DNA from: Callorhinchus milii
Lineage: Eukaryota
Assembly (NCBI RefSeq): GCF_018977255.1
Contig: NW_024704742.1
Span: forward strand, 135,596,001 to 135,660,000
Length of the DNA stretch: 64,000 nt
Reading direction: 5' to 3'
Part shown: positions 12,018 through 24,371 of the stretch, one piece after another
How the letters are laid out: each line of letters begins with the position of its first letter
How positions within the stretch are numbered: position 1 is the stretch's first letter
Notes under the pieces: generated by a model
What the model was told of the DNA's origin: nothing
Databases searched by the model: none
The model's input: only the letters and a program-made list of their open reading frames with translations
Program-made: the position numbers and the translations under genes

Positions 12018-15000
12018 GCCAGTGCAATAGCAGTTGATGATAAAGATAAACTTGGGGTTTGGTGTCGGCCTCATCATGTCATTGTGGTGTCTCAAAGACA
12101 CCACAGGATTTTGCTGCAAAGTGGGCTGATCGTGCGTGCGTGTGCGTGTGTGTCTGTGTGTGCGTGTGGCGTGTGCGTGTATTTTGTAGCCGAATGTGAG
12201 AGACAATTCTTGCGCGCAGCGACATCCCACAAACAGCTGACACTCTAACTGACAACCAATCCTTTTCATTGGGTGTTCATTGAATAATTAGTTGGGGGGG
12301 GGGGAGATTGCTTACACGTGGTTAAAATGTGGCGCATTATAGACATTTCTTCCCCACTTCCACCCCCCACACACACACATACCCCACATTGAAATCAAAT
12401 CCTAGAGAAAACGCTGCCCCACATGAAGGGCGCTATCTGAATGCAAGTTGTTGTAGTTTGCCCCGGGAGGAGTTACAGCCTTATCGCAATTCCTTTGCAA
12501 CGGGGGAGTGAACAGGAACGAAACAAGTGGGGGAATTGCTTTAAATATAACGTCAGCCACGCATTATGCTTTTATCCAAATTCCACTGTAAGGCAGGGTC
12601 TTAGAGAGAACTCGAGTCGGTCGATAGCCCCCACCCCAAGCCCCCTCTCCCACCCCCACCCCACCCCACCCCACACGTGACTGTTTAGAAATTGAGTCTC
12701 GGGGAATAGTCCACGGCTGTTAGACACCAGGTATCGGTTTGGTAGCTTAGCAGGGGGCAAGTGGAACAAACTTGTTTGTTGCCTTGTGTTTTCCGGGACC
12801 TTTTCTTTTTCTTAAAAAAGATTTAGCAATAATGGAAAAAAAACCACACAGGGGCTGTTCGTGAAGACAGCTGGACTAAAGAGAGACCAGCGAGACAATC
12901 AGACAGACGACAGACGCAGACAGACAACAACAGCAACGAATCAGACAGATAGACAGACCAACGGAGAGAGGGGAAAAAATATCACCCAAACAACTTATCG
13001 ACGCTCAAAATAAATTTTAAAATACTGGGGGGATTTTTGTAGTATTATACATATTTTCGTATTATTGTACATATTTTTTTAAACATAAAACTTTTTTTTA
13101 TAAATAAGAATAAGAAGGTCCCGCTTTCAGCCACCTACGCCCCAAATCTCTGGAACACTCTCCCTCTATCCCTCCGCCTCGTTCCCTCCTTTCCCATCTT
13201 CGCATTGCACCTTGAAGACCTTGCTTTTCCACCGTGCCTACGGTCACCTCCCCCTCCCCCCCCCCCCCGGCTCGGGTGTCGTGCTCCGTCACTGTCAAGT
13301 GCTCTGGGACGCTGCCTTGTGTGTGTGTGTGTGGGGGGAGGGGGCGCGCTGTGTAAATGCAAGTTGTTGTTGTTGAAAAGTCACTTTTGCTGTTTGGGTT
13401 TCCCTTTTTTTGTCTGGAGGGACAAAGGTAGAGATAAAATAGAGCAAAGGGGGTTTATAGGTGAGGGGAGTGTGTGTGTGTGTGGGAAGGGGGTGTGGTG
13501 GGGGGAGCTTGTGTGGGGTGTAAATATTGGCATGGACTAGTTATAATAATAATCCTGCATTTGATGTAGCGCCTTATCAGGCCTTTGAGACGTCTTAAAG
13601 TGCTTCACAGAATATACGCTAAAGTGAATTGACTGTATATTGTGGAGTCCTGTAGCTTAGTGGTTAGAGCACTCAGGTGGCCCCTTTGTAACTGTGCATC
13701 CACCGGTCCCAGTTTCCTTCCCTCCCCAACCCTCTTCCAACCCCACCCCACCCCACCTCGCACATTCCACACCTCCTCGCCTTCCATAGGCACCGAACAT
13801 GCCATGGTACAGCACAGGCAAAACTGGTTAGAGAGGGTAGGCAGATGACAGATTCTGCTTTGGTCTGCTCTCCCGTTGGTGTTTGATGGTTGGGTTTGAG
13901 CAGCATGTGTGAGAGTGGATGTGTGTGAGGGTATGTGTGTGTGAGTGTGTGAGTGCACGTGTTTGAGTGCACGTGTGTGAAGGCATGCGACTGGGTGAGT
14001 GAGTGAATGTGGAACGAAAAGCAAAGCCCTTATGCATATTGCACAGTTGGAAGCAGAACCTCTGTGCCCGCACAGGCGTGTGTTTGAGCTCTGAGCAGGA
14101 GGTAACCCCAAATCGGTGCTTTGTGTTTTCATGCTTTCTTGTAGTTGTTGCTCCCTGATTATGTCAAGAACTCTTAGTGTTCTCTCTCTGTAACTCAATC
14201 TCCATGTAGCGTTATAGCATCCCCGACTGTAGTCTAGTGAGGTTTTCAAGTAATGAGGTAAGCACATGTTACTGGATACTTATGACAGAAGTGTAATTTG
14301 AGGAGCTATCCCCCCACACCAATACCTCCCCCCCCACCCACATCCACATCAGTGTTGGTTGTCAATGAGAGGGAAAAATTCCAGGCGACGTGAACAGAAC
14401 CTATTTTAATTCTCTCTAGCGGTGAGGTTCTCTACCCATCGAACTTGCTCTTTTCTGTATTAAATATAGTATAATAATGCCTCGGACAATCTTAACGTCA
14501 CTTTTGAGAAAGCAATAAATTGTTTAGCCTTTGATGGGGAGTTTTAAAGAAAAACTCTTCCAGTTGTTGAGAGAAGGGCAATTTCGGGGCAGAAACCAGG
14601 AAGTATCTCTTAGCATGGTGGGTGTTAACAGCTGGAGTGTGTACGAGGCTTAGTCCAAGAACCCTGGGATTCATTTCAGGATAGACACCGGGAAGTTTTT
14701 CTTTAACCAGAGGGTAATCGACAACTGGAACAGAGTTGCAAGGAAATGTGGTTGAGGCCAGGACACGAGACTCATTTAAGAAGCAGCTTGATGGTTTAAT
14801 GGGACCGAAGAAATTTCCAGCATAGAAGGATGTGAAGGGGGGGTTGGTTCTGCAAGGATGGGATCAAATGGGCCGAAGGTGCCTTCTTCATTCCCAAACA
14901 TCTCTTGGGATCTGGAGAAAAGTAACAAAAAATTAATAATATTATTAATAATAATCCTTACATTTGATCACGTCAGGGGAAGTCTCAAATCGCTTGACAG

Positions 15001-16921
15001 AATCTACTGTAGATTGCAACGGACTGTTTTTTAAGAGCGAACGCGGCAGACAGTTTTTGCACAAATAGCCATGAATTCGGTGACCAATTTTTATCCGAGG
15101 GATGAGGGGGGAGCAGGAGGAGATAATTGACCAGGTCACCGGGCAAAACCCCCTTCTCTTTTTGACCAGACAGACAGAGAGATAATGTGATGGATAACCA
15201 AAATGAAACAATGGGACCTATTCATTCTTCAACTTACGACCCACTCCCCTCCCACCCCCTCCCTCCCGATCCCACTTCCCTCCCCCAATCACCTGACATA
15301 GTTTTAACAAAAAAAGACGAACACTATAAAATCAATGGAAATCAGCGATGCAATTTTGTAAATTGATCCAGTCTTCCGATCCTTTCGTTCTTTCATTTTT
15401 TTTCGGGTGGGTTGTGGGGGAGGTGGGTGAAAGGGGGAGATAGGGTGGTGAGGAGGAGGAGGAGGAGGAAGAAGAGAGAGAGAGCAACGCACGGAGAGAA
15501 GATGGGGGAGGGTATTTTGTGTATCAAGTATTGTGTGTGAGTGTGCGCGGATGTGTGTACGTGCATACGCGTGTGTGCATATGTGTGTGCGCGCGCGCGT
15601 GTGTGTGTTGTTCTCTCTCCAAAAAAAACAAGTGAAGAGAACAAATGCTCTTCAGAAGAAAAGACAAAAACAAAAAGCGATTTTCCGTTTTATTTCTACC
15701 TTCGGGTGTGGATAAGCACAGACACCAGCCTATAGAGCTAGCTGATTGGGTGCAGAGCGACAGTGATTGGGGTGGGGGTGTGGGGGGGGGGGGGGGCGTC
15801 GTGTTGTTGGGGAGGGCAGTGGGAAAGGGGGAAGGAGGGGGCGAAAAAGTCTTAAGTTATTTTAAGAAGGGAGAGTGGGGCCGACGGAGGTGGAGAAGAG
15901 GGGAAGATAAGGAGGTGTAATTCCAGTTACAATATGGGCGCCAATCTTTAGGAGCCTACAACTAAGACATTTTTGTCATTGAATATCATCCATCCATCCA
16001 TTCTATGTAGCGTGGGTTATAACCATATCATTTTCAAGTATTCTAGACATATGGTAAATAGTGAGACTATGAACTGTGGCCTTTTTCATTCTTGTAACTC
16101 TGTGATGCAATTTTAAGTGAAAAGAGAAAAAAAAAGAGACTTTTAACCATGTACCCAGTGCCTGCCTTTTTTTTTGTTATGAAAAGCTTCCTTTTTTGTT
16201 CGTTGTTGCTCTTTTTTTTGCTATAAATTAGACTGTAGTACACCGTATTAAGAAAAAAAAGCGAAATTTAAAGAAAAAAAATATATTTGGCTTATTTTTC
16301 GCAGGAAGGAATCCTTTTATACCACGAATCTCGGGGTAATGAGAGAAAGAGGGAGACGGAAAAAAAAATAAAAATAAAATTCATTAAAAAAAATGACCAT
16401 GGTGATGATATTATTGATGATGATGATGATGATGATGATTTCTCGGATTCTGAATGTTTTCTCTTTGTAGATTTTTGAAATCATTCTGAGTAAAATTTGT
16501 TACTTTATTTTACTATTTAAAAGATGTTATTTTACCATGTGTTAACTGAGATGAAACTGTATGTAGTGAATTTTTAGTTGTAAAGTCATGTGGTTATGAG
16601 AAGACCCGAAGCCCATGACATGTGTATACACATCAACACGCACGCACACACACACACGCACATATATTTTATATATATATATATATACACACATATATAT
16701 ATATATAAAACACACAACAAAAAACTATTTCACCTTTTTCCCATTTGTGTGGCCTGTGAGTGCCTCAACTTTTCATATTCTTTTGGTGTTTTGCAGATTT
16801 ATAGAAATTGTCCGAACAGATTGTTTGCTGGAGTATTCAAAGACCAGCTCGGTGTAGTCCATAAACCCTGTTTATCGGCAGTAGTTATTTCAAGCGGTCA
16901 TGTACATGACAGTTCCGTAGC

Positions 16922-16927
16922 AATAAA
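16922..16927 (+). terminator. TCF4 polyadenylation signal AATAAA
   Basis: AATAAA lies inside the conserved-looking block gtagcaataaatgtgccattttta, followed by GT/T-rich sequence. Confidence 0.7.
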
Positions 16928-17599
16928 TGTGCCATTTTTATAACCCGACGTTTCACGAGTGTGTCCTTATTAATCTTCTCTACATCTTCCCCTTTCCTAA
17001 CCCGCCAGACTCTCCTCCTTTCTCTCTCCTTCCCCTTGAGTTTTGACTCAACAACAACTTAGAGCCATTGAAATTTAACACCACCAAAAGGAGGCCATTC
17101 GGCCCATCGTGTCCTGTGCCAGCTCCCTCAAGGGCAATCCTTTCAGTCCCATTTACCTATCCTTCCCAACCCCGTATACCCCTGGTAACTAATCCAAACA
17201 GTACAAAATTACATTTACACAGCGTTTTTCACGTTGGGTACGTCCCAAGATGGTGGACAGTCCGGGATTTTGACCTGAGCAGGGGGAGTTGGGATCAGGG
17301 AGGGTGGAGGGTAGGATATTGACTGAAAGCTCGGTCGAAGAGGAGGGTTTTGAGAGGTGACTTGAAGGAGGAAAGGGAGGGAGCGAGACGTGGGATGGAA
17401 AAGGGAGATGTGGGATGGAGTTCCAAAGGGTGGGGCAAGAGAGGCTGAAGGCCCGACCGCCAAGTTGGATGGGACGGCGGGAGGGGGGGGAAGTGGAGCA
17501 GGCCTGAGCCTGCTGAGCGGAGGGAGCGGACAGGTTGATATGGGATAACTAACTCTTGATAACTAACTCTTGAAGGCTAATATGGACTTTGCCACCACA

Positions 17600-17870
17600 C
17601 AGCTCGCATCAGGACATTCCATATCCATAGCCTAACCACTATGTGTAAAAAAAACTCCTAAGTTCCCCATTTGCTCTTTTACGGCCTTAAATTAATGCTC
17701 TCCAGTTACCGACTCACTGACCAGTGGAAATAATTTCTCCCTATTGAGTCTACCCAAACCCTCATGATTTAAGGACCTTGATCAGGTCACCCCTCAATCT
17801 TCTTTGTTCCAGTGGAAAAAGCCCCATTTTATCCAGTCTCTGCTCATAGGCCAAACCACTCATCTCCAGG
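17600..17870 (-). mobile_element. CR1 LINE ORF2 3' fragment
   Basis: Minus frame LEMSGLAYEQRLDKMGLFPLEQRRLRGDLIKVLK matches the CR1 ORF2 C-terminal motif. Confidence 0.8.
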
Positions 17871-18364
17871 ATGGTCCTTGCAAGGTCACAAGTTCGATCT
17901 GGTTGAAGAAGGCTCTTTAGCACATCTGATCTCATCCATTCAGAACATTCACCGACCCGTTCCCTCACCACTGCATCAAGCTGCTTTTTTATGGAGTCCC
18001 AATGTCCTGGTCTCTTATCATCTTTCCTGTGTAAAGAAAAAATTCCTGGTATATGTCCTTCCTGAAGCATTTACGTAAGCGACCTTCATTCAGGGCAGCG
18101 TCTCGTAGCGCTTAACAATGGCGGAGATCGATGCGGAGCCAGGGAGTTTAGGAATGGCTGAATTCTTCAGGTGCGATATAAAGATAACACCAACAAATTA
18201 CATTTACACAGCGTTTTTCACATCAGAAGGACATCCCAAGGCCCTGAATAGGGAAGAGTTTGCACCCGAGCTGGGGATTGGGATCAGCATGGGTGGAGGA
18301 CAAGGAGATGTGGGTGGAAGGGTGATCGATAGAGCGAAGAGGAGGCTCTTGAGACTTTTTAAAG

Positions 18365-20750
18365 GATGATTGTAATATGTCCGTTCGTGAATTATCAGAT
18401 GTGAATTGTGAATTAATTGATGAAGACTTTGAAGAAAGTAAAACAAGACAGAAAGCTAGAGTTATTCAGGAACAAGAAAAAATAATAATACTTAGTACTC
18501 TTTCGAACATCAAATTAGTGTCTTCCCATATTAGGGAAAAGGCCAAATAGAGTATGTTAAAACAAGATAATGAGCTATTGCAGGCTCAGACAAAAAAATT
18601 GCAGGAAACATATAGTATGGGACCCCCCCACCCCCCGCCACGGTTAAGTGTAAATTTACCGACTGAGTCCGAAACTCCTACGTTAGGAGCAGTGGCAGGA
18701 GTGGGAGAGTTAAAAAATGTAGCGTGTGGAACTGGGACATTTGATCACGAGAAACAAGTCATTTTTCACACACTCGAGATATTTGCAGAGTGCTTGTCAA
18801 TTGTGTGGGATCCAAGAAGAGAAAGAGAGACTTTGAATTCTCCAAATGACCCTGCCATTAAACCCTTTGGCATCAATTACCTGTTGGAGTACTCTCTGGT
18901 GATTCTAATTATAAAGAATTGGTTGCGGAATTGCAGAAGCTTTATTATCCAGGCATTAACAGTACTGCTCTAGCTGTACAGACCAGACAGGAGTTTAATT
19001 AACAATGTTTTTTGGAGAGATTCACTCACGTGTACGCCTCTGGATCCTCATTTTAAGGGTTTATTTTAAAGTAGTTTAAGCACCCCTATCAAAAGTAAAA
19101 TAGATATGATTGTGTCACCTCTACTGATCCATTGGAAAATATATTAACAGGTGCTATCAGAGCATTCAAAAGCATTAAGATTAAACAAGAGAGAAAACAT
19201 TTTAAGGGGGTAAACCAACAACATGACGCTGTGACTTTTCTCTCTGTAAATCAGACGACGAAGGAGTTAAATTTTGCTCGGCAACTTAATGAGGGACCTC
19301 AAGTGGAAGAACCTCTCTCTCCACAGACTGACAACTGGGAATAATTTTTGAGATTTTAATAACGGGGAGAAACTGGGAATCATGGGGACAATTTCAAGAT
19401 TTTGAAAATAGGGATAATTGTTGGGCCTCAGAAGTTAATGACCGTGATAGTGATCCATTTGAATTCAGACAGAGACCTTATGGTAGAGGTCATAGTACAG
19501 GAGTAGAGGAAGTTTTTAGTGGTCAAATTCAAGGTGGGGGTCAAATAAAACCCTTAAAAGGGAATGATCCTGGCCTTTTAAAATGAACTAGCATTATTGT
19601 GGATCGAATCCCATGTTCAGACAGTGCTTTGCTTTAACCGTATGAAAAACAATTTCAATATTAATAAAGCGGTTTTATAGTGAATGTGAGACTGTTTAAA
19701 AATATCCTCGAATTCAAGGGGGGGAAATGTTGCAATCCTGTTTCATGACGGAAATTATGAATATATGTTGAACCCATGTAGTTGGCAATTATTTTAATTA
19801 ATGGTCAGAAATGCTTAGGTTGGATAAACACTATTTTGATTAATGGTTAAAAATGATGATGTGGCTAGGAAAAACCAAGACTTGTTTATCGTAGCTGATG
19901 GTTGTTGAAGATGTTTTCCAGAAACAAATTAATGTTTTAATTAAGTGTTGTATTAACGATGAGGTAGTTGAAGAAGTTTTCCCATAACAAATCCATGTTT
20001 GTGTTGAAGATGTTTTCTATAACGATTCAACTTTTATAACAATTCATGTTCTTCTATGACAATAACAATTCTGCGGATTATATTTTATTATTTATGTAAG
20101 CTAATTGGTTCATGCACATGAGAATGGAAATATTCTCATCCTGCCTGTGGAAAATTGATCATAAAAGATATATGGTTGAATTATACTTTGTTCAGCCTAG
20201 GACATAGCATATTAGGTGCTGTCCACACAAGAACCATCTTTCATGTGATGATATGAACTAAGTGTGTTGTCTTCAAGGTTAAAATCCATCAGATTTGGAC
20301 TGTTCCATCGTTTCATTAACTTTCATTCATCAGCGATTTCAGGAAGAAGGAAAACTGCAGAAATCCCAGAACGTCTGAAATCGTTTGAAAAGTAACAGGA
20401 GGAGAAGGATAATAACGTATAACAAAATTACACAGCTCAGCTGTAAACCATTGAAGATTCAACTTTGACTTTGTAATTAAAAAAACCCAAGCAAGAGGTT
20501 TCGGGTCTGAATCAAGAGACCTTTCATTGATGCAAGACATTTTCCTGCTGTTTGTGAATTTACCAACTGACTTTGATACAGATATTTGTCTATGCTATTG
20601 ACCTGTCTGTTGTATTTGTGATAATTGAACTAACAGACTGTACATTTCTTATTAAGTAAAAGAATTTTCAAAGCATGATTTGCTGAGTGTCTTTGGTTTC
20701 TCTGTTCTCAGGTCCTTTATTAAAACTGAGCTAAAAAGAATAAACTGGTC
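18365..20750 (+). mobile_element. Decayed, internally deleted Gypsy-type LTR retrotransposon (gag remnant + PPT + 3' LTR)
   Basis: One reading frame runs from ~18365 to 18973 with a single stop, and frameshifted segments continue it (ELKNVACGTGTFDHEKQVIFHTLE; ELVAELQKLYYPGINSTALAVQTRQ; DPHFKGLF*SSLSTPIKSKIDMIV..LENILTGAIRAF). These resemble fish Gypsy gag as I recall it. A polypurine tract AAGGGGGGGAAA (19716-19727) is immediately followed by TGTTG, then ~1 kb of AT-rich sequence with internal tandem repeats. The LTR 3' end is approximate. Confidence 0.65.
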
Positions 20751-23700
20751 TCATTCTGCTCGTCCCCCAGAACCCAACTCCCTGCCATTCGGACAAAATT
20801 TTCTCCCAATTTTCCCACGGAAACCACTATAAACAACCCCCACAACAAACCCACTATAAATGATGTTTCTGTCTTCGTGCCTCTGAACACCCAGTGAGCT
20901 GTGCGGGTGGGGCGGGGGTTGGGGTTGGGGATGGTCTCTGTATACACATTGAGCTGCCGGGTGGGGGGGGGTAAGAGTTTGTCTCTCTCTCTGTGAGTAT
21001 CTCTATGTGAGTGTCTCTCTATGTGTCCAGCACCTTGGGACGTCCTCCCGACGTGAAAGGTGTTCTATAAATGCAATCTTGTTGTTGTTGTTGTTGTTGT
21101 TTGTCCCAGCACCTTGGGATGTCCTCCCGATGTGAAAGGCGCTTTACAAATTGTTGTTGTTGTTGTCTCTGCATGATATCTCTATGTGTGTTTGTGAGTG
21201 TCTATCTCTCTTTCTGTTTGTCTCTGTGTGAGTGTGTCTCTCTCCTCTGGATGTGTTACTGACCCAGACCAAACCCCCTTCCCACATCTCACCAGTTCTG
21301 GCCCAGGCTCCACTGGCTCCCCATTACTGAGCAGATTAACTTCAAGATTCTCACACTCGCGTTCAAATCCCTTCACTCCCCGGCACCTCCCTACCTCTCC
21401 GACCTCCTCACTCCCCAATCCACCACCCGGCTGCTCCGCTCGACTGGCACCGGCCTCCTGCTCGTCCCTCGCATCCTCCGCCCCACCATCGGAGGTTGTG
21501 CTTTCAGCCACTATGCCCCAAATGCTGTAACACTCTACCTCAATCCCTCCGCCTTGCCCCCTCCCCTCTTTCAAGTCCCGCCTGAAAATCTTCCTCTTCT
21601 ACCGTGCATATGGCCACCTCCCACTCCCTCCCCACCCCTGGCTCAGAGTCAGGTGCAGCTACAGTTAAGTGCTCTGAGTGGAGGATGCTATATAGGTGCA
21701 AGTTTTTGTTGTTTGTGAGTGTCCGTGTGAGTGTGTTTGGTCTCTTTCCCTAATGATAATCCTTGCATTTGATACAGCGCCTTATCACATCTTCGAGACA
21801 TCTCAAAGCGCTTCACAGAATATACTGAAAAGTGGATTGACTGTATATTTTGTGGGAAAAACATATATTTTTGTGGGGTAAGGGTAGTGGTGTGTTGACA
21901 TGAGGGTTTGTGATTGATTCCAATAGTTGAGTCCAATTGTTGTAGAGTCACGTAGTGTAGTGGTTAGCGTGTTCTCCTCGCAAACGACGACTCGGGTTCG
22001 AATCCCGGGATTCCTTACTCCACCCCTCTGTTTACCTGGCAGTAAGTAGGAACCCAGTTGTTAGTCGATTGGCGGATCACTTTTCGAGGCAATATTCCAT
22101 CAAGAGGTAAAAAAAATTGGTCACTCAATCCGAGACGACTGTGCGCAATTGGCTGCTGCGTTTCGCCCACAAAATATACAGTCAATTCACTTTACCGGTT
22201 AAAAGGATTATTATAATAGTTCAGGTGACGAATTATGGGATCAAGTTGCAGCCTGCACTTCACACTCAGAGTGGCACATTACAGGAGGACACTCCCTAAT
22301 GACCCCAGGTAACCAGCAATGAGCACTCTACACCTAATTACACCTACTTTCCTAGAATAATACTTTGATACAACACCTACCCAGTCACAAAAATACCTCA
22401 TGGCACTTTACAGATAATAATAATAATCCTTGCATATTATACAGCACCTTATTACATCATTGAGTCTTCTCAAAGCTCTTCACAGAATATACTTTAAAGT
22501 GAATTAACTTTGTATTTTGTGGGCATGTAAACACTGAATTTTGTAGGCCAACTCAGCAGCTATTTTGCATGTAGCAATGTCTAGCTATGAAATGAATGAC
22601 TAACTCTATGTATCTGGAGGATTTGTCAGCCAGGACACCAGGAGAAACTCCCTTTGGTTTTTCCAATGGTGTCGGGCGATCTTTAACCTGAAGGGCCTCA
22701 GCTTTAACGTCTCATCCAAAGGACGGATGGCGCCTCTGATAATGCAGCGTTCTCCGAGCTCAGCAAATAGGATTAGAGTAGAGAGCTCCAGTGGGGGAGC
22801 GAGCCCCAGCGCAGACACGATGGGGGGAATGTGAATCTATTTGTATGCTTTAGCAATCTGTGAACTGAACTTTGTGCTGTGTGATAAGGGATCTCATTTG
22901 ACCGTGAGCACATTGTGACATTGGACACGGTATTGGAGTCTGCCCCCTGGGATTTTATGGTTCACAGTAACAACAGGTAGTGATCACAGCAACGACAACA
23001 ACTTGCATTTATACAGTGCTCGTCACGCTGCGTAGGATCTCAAAGCGCTTAACAGTGGCGGAGTTTGACAACAGCAACAGCAAATTACATTTGTAGAGCA
23101 CCTTTCACATCCCAAAGCGCTTGAGGCTGAGACCGGGGTGAGGGGGAAGGTGTCTGTAACCACAAAGAGGAAAGTCGTCAGGTGCGATGCAAAGATGGGT
23201 ATTGGGTGGGGGGGGGAATTGAGACAGAGAGTTCCAGAGATTTGAGGAATAGTGACTGGAGGCGCGGCGCCCGATGATGGAGCGCAGAAAGCCCGAGCCA
23301 GCCCGAGTAACTGAGCCGTCAACACATTCGCTCACCATCGCTGGCATCTGGGTTATTATTCTGCTTTGCCATAGCTGCCGAGTTCGCCTACAAAACACAC
23401 AGTTACTACACTTCATTGTTCGTCGATTGGCAGATTGCTTACCGGGGGAAATAATCCTTCAAAGATAAATAATTTGGTCACTGAATCCACGACTGTTTGT
23501 GGGACGCTGCTGTGCGCAATTGGCTGCCGCGTTTCGCCCACAAATACACAGTCAATTCTCTTTACAGTATATTCTGTGAAGCGCTTTGAGACGTCTCGAA
23601 GACGGGATAAGGGGATATATCAAATGCAAGGATTATTATTATTATTGTACTTTGATACACACAATGCAGGAAATAACAGGGGAATTCTCTGCCCCCCAAC

Positions 23701-24099
23701 CACCCCCCACCCCGATTGTGCCTGCGTCTGTCTTTGAACAAGCTCCCCATTCTTCTGCCTTTGTTCCGCATATCTTTCCCCACTTCCGACATGCCTCTAT
23801 AATTCTCAATTGAAAACGGAAACAGGTTCTGCCCACTTGAAGCAACCTACGCCCTGACAAATGCTCTGGGTAAGTGCTCATAAAAAGGTTCGTAACCTCT
23901 CCCTCCCACAGCGCTGTTTTGCTTATCACCTTAGCCTTGTGGGAGTGACAAAACATGTTACACAACCTGCTCAGGGACCTACAGTGGAGACATTGATGTG
24001 CTCAGCAAAGCAGGTTGATATTTCCTGCTCTGCCTCTGTGGATGCAGGAGACAAACCAACTATAGTCTGCCTTCAACAGAGTTAAGTCAGGATCAGTCG

Positions 24100-24371
24100 A
24101 TGGCATAACGTCAACAAGGAAGTGGGGGAGCCAGGCTGCCGGGTTTATGCGGAGTGTCACTTTACACATTACGTGTGTGTGTGCGTTGCTGCCATTGTCC
24201 TCATCATCAACTGAAAGGATTGAATGAAACTTTTGGGAGCTGATCTTTTCGTTGGTTCGGAGACATTCCTTCGGGTAACTCTGTTCAAAGCTTTCAAGAG
24301 TGGCGAGAGTTCAGACCTGCAACGTTTCAAAGTCTAACACCTCCTCCCCTTCCCCTCCTCGGGCAAATAAG
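24100..24371 (+). promoter_or_regulatory. Candidate CCDC68 promoter / non-coding first exon
   Basis: Repeat-free island with TAACGTCA (CRE-like) and AGGAAGTG (ETS) motifs. It ends in a strong donor AAG|gtaagc at 24371/24372, upstream of the acceptor at 26250. Confidence 0.4.

Larger units (their letters stand above)
7363..16945 (+). other. TCF4: TCF4 non-coding terminal exon (long 3'UTR)
   Basis: Acceptor cttcttgtttctacag ends at 7362. Blocks at ~7415-7445 (gagatcacttccttgaca..gtatta), ~16500-16560 (ttactatttaaaagatgttattttaccatgtgtt) and ~16880-16942 (gtagttatt...gtcatgtacatgac.gttc.gtagcaataaatgtgccatttttataa) resemble the mammalian TCF4 3'UTR as I recall it. Continuity of the exon across its whole length is inferred. 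Confidence 0.7.

Noticed and set aside
18554..18973. 139-aa ORF as a novel host gene or domesticated gag
   Set aside because: An in-frame stop lies just upstream and the gag-like similarity continues only through frameshifts, consistent with a decayed element.
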